This document shows, one piece after another, positions 9,901 to 16,095 of a stretch of DNA of 19,097 bases. Both the position numbers and the translations under genes were made by a program. Positions within the stretch are counted from its first letter, which is position 1, and each line of letters begins with the position of its first letter. Source of the DNA: an uncultured archaeon (GTDB taxonomy: Archaea; Asgardarchaeota; Lokiarchaeia; Sigyniarchaeales; Promethearchaeaceae); the NCBI GenBank assembly GCA_964426185.1, contig CAYRPF010000025.1, positions 17,715 through 36,811 on the forward strand, written 5' to 3'. The notes under the pieces were generated by a model. It saw only the letters and a program-made list of their open reading frames with translations. It was not told the origin of the DNA and ran no database searches.

Positions 9901-10163
9901 TCTTTCTATTTTCTCTGGTTGTGGGAGGGATTGGCGCGGCATTAACCGGATGGACATGGATGGAAGCCTATTTTGCAACTCAAACTCATTACTCATGGTA
10001 CGGTGCAAATATTGCAAAGATGATTCAGTTTCCTGTTGATTTCAATCCATGGGAAATATTCTCCATTGTTGGTATTGATTTTTGTCTAACAGCTATTCTT
10101 TACGGTATTTTCTTTATCTTGCAAGAAAGAAAATCAATTTCTAGGTTGTTAATCAAATTTTAA
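6945..10163 (+). CDS. Large FtsX-like (MacB/type VII) ABC transporter permease, paralogue 2
   Basis: 1072 aa with a GAGGA SD. It has the same topology as 2349-5831 and shares motifs RIKG..K.MI, YDE, K.IPKI, E.PSRFAKI.K.LS.P and L..RG(Y/F)GKK. Confidence 0.88.
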   Translation: MGVKFAFYSKQAIRSLKSYLYLIIGIGLSISLILGIFNYLSASATFNVQNSFSTMLDFKITSKSPVNRTQIYDRFGGNETIITDELLNSGFPIESISHYAEFRSNDIYALNYSEFPLDLLLYDDAFIKSDRFHQYFTILEGRQPINNREYIIDAWTANKLNLTISSNATIPYVLRISDEPTLYSIPFENNSIVGIYVPNYEIYSPTGIYDYSCPRPYNPNYGNYEFLNSINASNPCGPIIGVFNYNLVNETHPINLFLNNIEKNFNISYIPFLYHYGLGIHYPRTLVKPFQLTEFLQKLSSEYLDFKKSISNSQNILVYSYFFSSLNSFSYDYKITRLSALALVIPIILFTIGLGNFIILTNFKNRQEEFGRYRIKGYPKNMIIGQIMFESFYVGIAAFILSIPLSIGIFYMIQPLVNSIFVIVSINQTFIPFQFEFVNFLTGFAFAIGISILGNILTIIKILRSKIATLNQKQEGVSLEIGYDENIFAESKKNKKKSKLSVYLDQTELMEKSIPKISYFLMGFAILPFLAIFIRYIGLLPSSPDNLKVIADVIDNVMTVILIFASLSPLLLVYGLLRFLIQESPSRFAKICKFLSKPFMKHHDYLTGLEMLRRKPYILVIFSIGLFTTSLVFGNINRYSQSKEMKFFNNLNAVSDINITINSSRSYFHQNISISDLNKYTSDLKSLNESSGKPIVENLVHLSFFNLFPEDVANEPYYYVYGRSNLLATNLSSYSSIIHPDIMKKFPLIEKTIENLQNFRSNVNCDTIGVIVNQEFLDRYSLKVGETSIFSSTFNGMNSTFLNCTIVDVIDFLPAVPASTFPHDYIWHFSMGVEHQEIRETPIMLCDFGDLNINDTFFTPNVFSTLVRTNSQIVSKQDEIEAQLSTVVEDFSECIQIEREINIIHYEFFDSSWNDENVNDFEYDPLIVLNLLYLNLIIIGILLAFAIATTIIGIEKSNTHFEGLLLSRGFGKKRLFNFIFSQIIIIFLFSLVVGGIGAALTGWTWMEAYFATQTHYSWYGANIAKMIQFPVDFNPWEIFSIVGIDFCLTAILYGIFFILQERKSISRLLIKF

Positions 10164-10218
10164 GATTTTTTTGCTATTTTAAAATTTACAATATTTTTTT
10201 TAATTATAACGATTGTTA

Positions 10219-11256
10219 TTAAAACACAATACTCCTCCCTGGAACTTTGGGAAACAAACTAACACTTGCAATATGCTTTTGTTTCGTCAAAAATCGGAGT
10301 AAACGTTCTATTCCCAAACCACCACCAGCACTGGGTATCAATTTTCTTTTTCGAGCATAACTCAAATAACTTTCAAAAGTCTTGGGATTTTGCCTACGGG
10401 AACAAATTTTACGCAAAAGTACTTCATACTCATAATCTCGTTCTCCTCCAGATAAAGCTTCATTGTATCCTTCAGGATAAAAGAGATCATAATTAAAATA
10501 ATGACCAGGGTGTTGAGGATCTTCTCGATCGTAAAATTCGCGCTCATAATCCGTGATCCAAAAAGGTGAATCTGCTAGCTCAGAAAGAATTTGTTCAAAG
10601 GAACTTCCCAACTTGAATTCTATTTCTTTCCTGGTAAAATTTGGAAAAGGTTGTGATGGAATAGAGATCTTTGTGCCAAAAAATGCGAGTTCGTCTGCAC
10701 ATTCCACTTTTACATACTTAAAAATATAGATAATTAGCTTTTCCATGAAGTCCATAAAAACATCTTGGGAAGCTTCTCGTAATTCAATATCCAATTGGCT
10801 AAATTCAAGTAGATGGCGCCCTGATAATTCTTTATCATCAGTTTCCAAACGAACATTCGGAGAAATAATATAAATTCCCTTTACGCCAGTTAATGCAAGG
10901 GTTAACTGCTTATGAAAAATCATACTTCGGGTTAATTGAAGAAGTTGCCCGTTGTATGAAATTGAAGCGTCAGATACTGAATGACTGAGAGGGTCTGTGA
11001 TGGGTGATAATATTACGGGCATTACTTGTAGGATGCCATTCTTGAGCATATATTCATGAATCGCAAATAACATAGCTGTTTGGATTTTCAGAATTTTTTC
11101 CCACTTTTCTTTGTCGTTAATTTCACTAATTTTGCACATTTTAGCAATTTTAACAGTTTCACTAGCTTTACGATTGTTACTAACTTCACTAATTTCACTA
11201 ATTTCGCTGATTAGCTTATTTTCACAAATTTCCTTAATTTTATTAATTTCCATCAT
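10219..11256 (-). CDS. asnA: Archaeal-type asparagine synthetase A (AsnRS catalytic-core paralogue, AS-AR)
   Basis: It matches my recollection of Pyrococcus AS-AR: PVILSPITDPL, LTRSMIFHKQL, SPNVRLE, GRH..EFSQLDIE, PFWI....REFYDRE, NYDL..PEGY.E..SGGER.YEYE, PSAGGGLGIERL.RF, FPKVPG. There is no anticodon-binding OB domain. A GAGGT SD precedes ATG ATG. Confidence 0.9.
   Translation of the reverse strand: MMEINKIKEICENKLISEISEISEVSNNRKASETVKIAKMCKISEINDKEKWEKILKIQTAMLFAIHEYMLKNGILQVMPVILSPITDPLSHSVSDASISYNGQLLQLTRSMIFHKQLTLALTGVKGIYIISPNVRLETDDKELSGRHLLEFSQLDIELREASQDVFMDFMEKLIIYIFKYVKVECADELAFFGTKISIPSQPFPNFTRKEIEFKLGSSFEQILSELADSPFWITDYEREFYDREDPQHPGHYFNYDLFYPEGYNEALSGGERDYEYEVLLRKICSRRQNPKTFESYLSYARKRKLIPSAGGGLGIERLLRFLTKQKHIASVSLFPKVPGRSIVF
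11116..11250 (-). repeat. Degenerate in-frame 9-nt tandem repeat (consensus RAA ATT AGT, about 15 units) forming the N-terminal extension of AsnA
   Basis: Codons 3-47 read gaaattaat aaaattaag gaaatttgt gaaaataag ctaatcagc gaaattagt gaaattagt gaagttagt aacaatcgt aaagctagt gaaactgtt aaaattgct aaaatgtgc aaaattagt gaaattaac. Confidence 0.75.
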
Positions 11257-11332
11257 TATACCTCAAATTGTAAAAGAATGATAACTATATTCAATATATT
11301 TGAAAATTTAAGATTATTTATGCAAATTTTTC

Positions 11333-11387
11333 GGAATATACTCCCAATAATATCCATTATTTTGGATAATAATGGAATAAATATCCA
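11333..11387. promoter_or_regulatory. Candidate Lrp/AsnC operator cluster in the asnA-lrp divergent intergenic region
   Basis: Overlapping dyads with AT-rich centres: TATCCA-TTATTT-TGGATA (11351-11368), TCCATTATT-N6-AATAATGGA (11353-11376), TGGA-ATAAATA-TCCA (11373-11387) and GGA-ATATAC-TCC (11333-11344). Confidence 0.4.
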
Positions 11388-11517
11388 TATTTTTCTTCTA
11401 TAACTAATAATTTTAATTACCTTTTTTAAACAATCCAATGGTATATACATCCCATTTTTATCATGTTCTTGGTTTAAAATTACAAATATTCTTTACTTTT
11501 TCTATATTCCCAATCAT

Positions 11518-11961
11518 ATGCAGCAAGTAAAAATTGATCATAAAGATCTACGTATATTAGACTCATTAAAACAAGATGCAAGCTTATCTGTGGCAAAACT
11601 AGCTGAAATCACAGGATTCCCTGCAACCACAATTTATAATCGAATTAAAAAATTAAAATCAAATAAAATTTTGCGACATTACACCATTGCAGTGGATAAA
11701 GATATACTTTATGGGAATATTGTGGCGTTTATTTTAATCAAAACATTTCAAGCAAATCAACGCAACATCGTTTCTCAGTTAATGAAATTTCCTGGAATAG
11801 AAGAAACATCGATTATCACGGGAAATAAAGATTTATTAGTAAAATTTCGCTGCCGAAGCATAAAAGACTTGGATCGATTTATCATCGATGAATTACGAAA
11901 CATCCCAGGCATTCAAGGCTCCGAAACAATGATTTCGCTGGAAAATAACCAAAAAATGTAA
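11518..11961 (+). CDS. Lrp/AsnC family transcriptional regulator
   Basis: N-terminal HTH (IDHKDLRILDSLKQDASLSVAKLAE..G....TIYNRIKKL...IL) and C-terminal RAM domain (ITGNKDLLVK...L.NIPGI..SETMISL); 147 aa. Confidence 0.93.
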   Translation: MQQVKIDHKDLRILDSLKQDASLSVAKLAEITGFPATTIYNRIKKLKSNKILRHYTIAVDKDILYGNIVAFILIKTFQANQRNIVSQLMKFPGIEETSIITGNKDLLVKFRCRSIKDLDRFIIDELRNIPGIQGSETMISLENNQKM

Positions 11962-11965
11962 ATAC

Positions 11966-11982
11966 AAAAATAAAAAAAAAAA
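11966..11982 (-). terminator. Oligo-T terminator candidate for the ABC-2 operon
   Basis: T11-A-T5 on the minus strand about 25 nt after the permease stop, between convergent genes. Oligo-U termination is typical of archaea. Confidence 0.5.
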
Positions 11983-12006
11983 CCAGATAAATAAGATAGT
12001 AAATTT

Positions 12007-13269
12007 TCAAATCTGACTCTTCTTGTTAAATATAATCAATCCAATGATGGTAAATAACATTCCAAATCCTAAAACAACCAAAATATCTTGCCATACGGCA
12101 GTCCAACCCATACCATAAATTAGTACACTCCTAATAGCATTCGTGGCATAAGAAGTGGGAACTAATTTTGTGATAAATCCATCCATCGGAAAGAAGGCAC
12201 CTCCAAGAAATTGAAGAGGTAAAATAAATATCCAAGCGATCCCGCCGGCTGAATTCGCAGATTTAGTAACACCGGCTAAAATTAAACCTAATCCAATACA
12301 CGTCAAAGATAATGCCATTACGATCCCGAAAGCTAGCATCCAATTGGCACCCGGAGCAATTTGAACTTGAAAGATCGGCAAACATGCAAAGAGAATAATC
12401 ACTTGTATCGCAGAAAAGATAAATTGAGCCGCACCACCGCTGAGTAGAATGGTAGAACGTGATACAGGAGTAGTATTCAATCTTCTCAATAAACCTTTAG
12501 ATCGCTCAAAAGCAAACATGGTACCGATGCTTGAAATACCCACTAACACAGCCACAGCTACAATTCCTGGAGCTGCCATATCAAACCATGTTAAATCTCT
12601 ATCTATCGGCCCAATATCTAATCGTACATCTAAAGTGGTAATATTGTTATATGAAAGTATCAGGTTATTAATTATTCCCTTCAATACATTCGAAATAACA
12701 ACTCCAGTAACGGTATCTGCAATTGTGTGAATTTCAACTTGGGGATTTCCAACAGGATAATTTGTTTGGTTCAATTCTAATATGAAATTCAGAAATTCAC
12801 CGCTCATATTTGGCAAAATTATGCCTTGCCTTGCAAATGGATACCACCAAGTGCTACCGATAATCACCTCTGAAAAATTTTCAGGTATAATAATGACTCC
12901 ATCAAGCTTTTCTTCGTTTACCAACTGAATCGCAGCTTCCTCCGTAATTTGGCTCCCATTTTCAAATGTTTCATGATTTTGAAATGAGTCGGAAAGAGAG
13001 TTATTTTCATCAAATAAGGAAAGCATAGAAAGGGACACGTTTGCCCCAATATCTACATTGGGATTATCCAATCCATTTGTATCGTAATTTATTATGGCAA
13101 CATCATAAGCTGAACGAGAATTACCCGAATTAAATGCCACCGAAAAGAGTAACATAAATAATAATGGATATCCAAAAATCCAAAACCAGTTTTCCTTTTC
13201 TCTAAAGGTAATTTTTAAAAACTTCGAAATTAACGCCCAAAATTGCCTGAAATTTGCCTTCTCAATCAC
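12007..13269 (-). CDS. ABC-2 type transporter permease (DrrB/YbhR-like, with extracellular domain)
   Basis: FRE....FW...YPLLFMLLFS..F, DGVIIIPENF, APGIV, ER.KG.LRRL.TTPVSR, LGGAFFP, PTSYA..AIR. The GTG start overlaps the ATPase stop (CGTGATTGA), suggesting translational coupling. Confidence 0.9.
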   Translation of the reverse strand: MIEKANFRQFWALISKFLKITFREKENWFWIFGYPLLFMLLFSVAFNSGNSRSAYDVAIINYDTNGLDNPNVDIGANVSLSMLSLFDENNSLSDSFQNHETFENGSQITEEAAIQLVNEEKLDGVIIIPENFSEVIIGSTWWYPFARQGIILPNMSGEFLNFILELNQTNYPVGNPQVEIHTIADTVTGVVISNVLKGIINNLILSYNNITTLDVRLDIGPIDRDLTWFDMAAPGIVAVAVLVGISSIGTMFAFERSKGLLRRLNTTPVSRSTILLSGGAAQFIFSAIQVIILFACLPIFQVQIAPGANWMLAFGIVMALSLTCIGLGLILAGVTKSANSAGGIAWIFILPLQFLGGAFFPMDGFITKLVPTSYATNAIRSVLIYGMGWTAVWQDILVVLGFGMLFTIIGLIIFNKKSQI

Positions 13270-14218
13270 GTAACTCCCTCCCTGTCAAATCTATAAACAC
13301 ATCTTCCAGCGTATTTTGCCGTATAACGAGATCACGCATGGTGATATTTGAACTAGATTTTAACCAATCATAAAATCCTGATATTTTTCGCAACCCATCG
13401 AAAGCATTAAAACAGATACGTTCTTTACCTAATGGTTTGGCCCAAATTACATCGGGATGTAAAGCCAATTCTTGAACAATTGATTCTCGATCCTTAATTT
13501 TCTCAGAGTTTACCCGAAACTCAATAATATCTCCCTTTCCATTTTTACTTTTTAATTCTTGCGGAGTTCCTTGGGCTATTATCTTTCCATGATCGATGAT
13601 TGCTAACTCCTCGGAGAGATCATCTGCCTCTTCCATGTTGTGGGTAGTTAAGATGATGGTTTTCTTCTCCTTTTCAAAATCTTTGATAAAATCCCAAACT
13701 ATTCTCCGACTTTGCGGATCTAATCCTGCTGAAGGTTCATCAAAGAAGATAACTTCAGGAGAATGAACCACTGCCATTAATACGTTTACTCGTCTCTTCA
13801 TACCTCCGGAATACTTTCGAACCAGATCATTGGCCCTATCTAATAGATTCATCTTTCCCAATAAATCATCAACACGCTCTTTGTAATCTTTTGGATGAAG
13901 TTTATGCATCTTTGCAATTAATTCGATATTTTCACGAGCACTCAGATTATCATACATAACCGTCTCTTGTGGACAAACTCCGATAAGTTCTCTGATTTTA
14001 TTTGACTGGGTTTTTAGATCGTAACCCAAAATCGAAACACAACCTTTAGTCGGTTTTAAAACCGTTGCAAGTATGTTTATCGTGGTGCTTTTTCCCGCAC
14101 CGTTAGGACCCAACAAGCTGAACAGATGACCTCTTCTAATTTCAAGATTTATGTGATCTACTGCGGTTAATCCGTTGAATTTTTTCGTGAGATTTTTAAT
14201 TTCTATTCCGATATCCAT
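13262..14218 (-). CDS. ABC transporter ATP-binding protein (DrrA-like)
   Basis: GPNGAGKST, YSGGMKRR, FFDEPSAGLDPQSRR, TTHNMEEAD.L, and C-terminal TLEDVFIDLTGRELRD. Confidence 0.95.
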   Translation of the reverse strand: MDIGIEIKNLTKKFNGLTAVDHINLEIRRGHLFSLLGPNGAGKSTTINILATVLKPTKGCVSILGYDLKTQSNKIRELIGVCPQETVMYDNLSARENIELIAKMHKLHPKDYKERVDDLLGKMNLLDRANDLVRKYSGGMKRRVNVLMAVVHSPEVIFFDEPSAGLDPQSRRIVWDFIKDFEKEKKTIILTTHNMEEADDLSEELAIIDHGKIIAQGTPQELKSKNGKGDIIEFRVNSEKIKDRESIVQELALHPDVIWAKPLGKERICFNAFDGLRKISGFYDWLKSSSNITMRDLVIRQNTLEDVFIDLTGRELRD

Positions 14219-14304
14219 TCTATTTCTACTCCATATGGAAATTATTAATTATTTTATTTTGTGAAAGAGAAATTAATAAAAAATCGGAGCCCAATATCTA
14301 TCGA

Positions 14305-14323
14305 AATCCGTTGGTAACGGATT
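14305..14323. promoter_or_regulatory. Perfect inverted repeat (candidate operator or leader hairpin) upstream of the ABC-2 operon
   Basis: AATCCGTT-GGT-AACGGATT, lying about 25 nt downstream (minus strand) of a TATA-like TTTAAAAT at 14349-14356. Confidence 0.4.
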
Positions 14324-14478
14324 ACTCACCACTATACATTCGCTTTCTATTTTAAATGATAATTTATCTATCACTCCACCTAAATAAGAGTGTTGAAAGT
14401 TCCGCTTGGGAAATTTGCATGATCTCTGCGACTTGGAAGTCGGGTAGGGTGTAATAATTAGGCAGATAAAGAATGAAA

Positions 14479-14562
14479 TGCGGGGAGAGGGCTTCGATCC
14501 CTCGCGGCACTATGCACTGGATTCTGAGTCCAGCATCGTGGACCAGACTTGATTATCCCCGC
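14479..14562 (-). tRNA. tRNA-Leu (anticodon CAG), intron-less, CCA not encoded
   Basis: Minus strand reads GCGGGGA UA AUC AAGUCUGGUCCAC GAU G CUGGA CUCAGAA UCCAG U GCA UAG UGC CGC GAGGG AUCGAAG CCCUC UCCCCGC A. All stems pair; there is a long variable arm and an A73 discriminator. Confidence 0.93.
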
Positions 14563-14637
14563 ATGTTTTTTATCGCGAAAAAATACAAAAAAACAGAAAT
14601 TTCTATCCTACAAAAAATTTTTGTGGTAGCAATTGTA

Positions 14638-16035
14638 TTAATTGAAAGATTTTATATTTTTTTTTCGGTTAAGAACATTCCAACGTTGAATTAACACTTT
14701 TGTGGCAAAAGCTGCTTCATGGGGGCTAGAATATACGGGAACTCGTTCACGATTGGCTACTTCTTTGACTTTTTCATAACCGCTACCGAAAACCAATAAA
14801 GGAATGAGCGGTTTTTTCCGACCAGTTTCATCCCAAGCCCGAATCATCCCTTGAAGGTTTCTTTCAAATGTCATTCCCAAGAATGGCGGATAGACCCCAC
14901 AAGCAATGACGATATCGATTCCAGAGTCTTCTTCTAGCATGGCTTTGGTGACTTGATAGTAATTCTCATCATTTGCACCAGCTATCATATCTAAGGGGTT
15001 TACTATTTGTACCAAATCAATCACCAAGGGTTTCAATTTGTTTTTAAGGTGTGGAGAAAATTCAGCCAGTTTCAAGCCTAGTTCTTCAGCGCTGTCAGAA
15101 TAAAGAACTCCTGCACCTCCACTGTTCGTTAAGACTCCAATTTTCTTTCCTTGTGGAAGAGGGAGAAGGGAGAATGTTTTAAGTGTAGTAATGTAATCTT
15201 CAATGTCTTCACAGATTATTCCACCAGCTTGTTCTACTGCAGCTTTTAATACCCGATAATTTGATGCCAATGAACCAGTATGACTGCCTGCGGCTGCCAT
15301 GCCCGCTGCCGTCCGACCTCCCTTTAACACTACCGTGGGCTTATCAGGCGCGATTTCCTTCATAACTCGATAGAAGGCTTTACCATCCGAAACCGATTCC
15401 AGATAAATAGCAACCACTTGGCTGTCGGGGTCTTTGTGGAAATATTGAATGATTTCATCGAATGAAACGTCAACGGCATTTCCGATATTGGCGAATTTGG
15501 ACATTCCCAGGTCGTTCCACTTCAATCCATCCATAATGGCACATCCAAAGGAACCGCTTTGAGATACCATGCTGATTTTGCCAGGTAAAGGATATTGGAT
15601 GAAGGAAGCGTTCATACCGATTTCTACATTTTGGATTCCGACACAATTAGGCCCAATAAGACGAATACCGGCTTGGCGGCATTTTTCGGCAATTACACGT
15701 TCAATTTCCTTTCCTTCTTTGCTCACTTCTCCAAATCCAGCAGTGACAATGATAATTCGTTTCACTTGTTTTTGGATACAATCATCAACTACTTGAGGTA
15801 CATATTTTGCTGGGACAAGGATAAGAGCCAAGTCGACAGGTTCGGGAACTTTTAATATACTTGGATAAGCAGGTAATCCTAAAATGGTGGAGCTGGAACG
15901 AGACACAGGATAAATTTTGGCGGTTAATTTAGGATTTCTGACTAAGTTGGAGGTGACTGCATTTCCAAATTTTTTTGAATCTTCAGTGGCTCCGATTATT
16001 GCAATGGATTTAGGATAAAAGAATAGTTTAACCAT
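14638..16035 (-). CDS. acdA: Acyl-CoA synthetase / acetate-CoA ligase (ADP-forming), stand-alone alpha subunit
   Basis: FYPKSIAIIGAT, AYPSI..VP..VDLA, TAGFGE, GPNCVG, SQSG, IGNAVDV, IYLES, KGGRT..G..AA.SHTGSLA (phospho-His), TNSGG.GV, NPLDM. No ATP-grasp beta domain. Start moved to ATG 16035, since the GTG at 16044 is part of the AGGTGA SD. Confidence 0.92.
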   Translation of the reverse strand: MVKLFFYPKSIAIIGATEDSKKFGNAVTSNLVRNPKLTAKIYPVSRSSSTILGLPAYPSILKVPEPVDLALILVPAKYVPQVVDDCIQKQVKRIIIVTAGFGEVSKEGKEIERVIAEKCRQAGIRLIGPNCVGIQNVEIGMNASFIQYPLPGKISMVSQSGSFGCAIMDGLKWNDLGMSKFANIGNAVDVSFDEIIQYFHKDPDSQVVAIYLESVSDGKAFYRVMKEIAPDKPTVVLKGGRTAAGMAAAGSHTGSLASNYRVLKAAVEQAGGIICEDIEDYITTLKTFSLLPLPQGKKIGVLTNSGGAGVLYSDSAEELGLKLAEFSPHLKNKLKPLVIDLVQIVNPLDMIAGANDENYYQVTKAMLEEDSGIDIVIACGVYPPFLGMTFERNLQGMIRAWDETGRKKPLIPLLVFGSGYEKVKEVANRERVPVYSSPHEAAFATKVLIQRWNVLNRKKNIKSFN

Positions 16036-16095
16036 ATATTTCACCTAAGTGAATAATATTTTTACTAACATAATACAAAAAAAAACTCCATTACT

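Noticed and set aside
10219-11256. EpmA/GenX (EF-P beta-lysyl ligase) or a truncated AsnRS pseudogene
   Set aside because: The motifs match archaeal AS-AR throughout (SPITDPL, SMIFHKQL, REFYDRE), not LysRS paralogues, and the reading frame is intact.
11256-11450. 64-aa ORF whose stop overlaps the asnA start
   Set aside because: Ile/Lys-rich translation of AT-rich promoter DNA with no motif or SD; it spans the presumed divergent promoters.
14281-14345. tRNA-like fragment on the minus strand (GTATAGTGGTGAGTA D-loop-like, then AUCCG-UUACCAA-CGGAU resembling an anticodon arm)
   Set aside because: No acceptor stem or T-arm can be formed and the spacing is wrong. It is kept only as an inverted repeat.
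14514-14535. tRNA as a Sec (UCA) tRNA or as a sign of CUG reassignment
   Set aside because: The loop CU-CAG-AA centres on CAG, with a 7-bp acceptor stem and A73. CTG encodes conserved leucines in the window (VLLSGGDP in the aminomutase, DNLSARENI in the ABC ATPase).
14473-14694. 73-aa plus-strand ORF
   Set aside because: It is antisense to the tRNA and the acdA end, so it is a shadow ORF.
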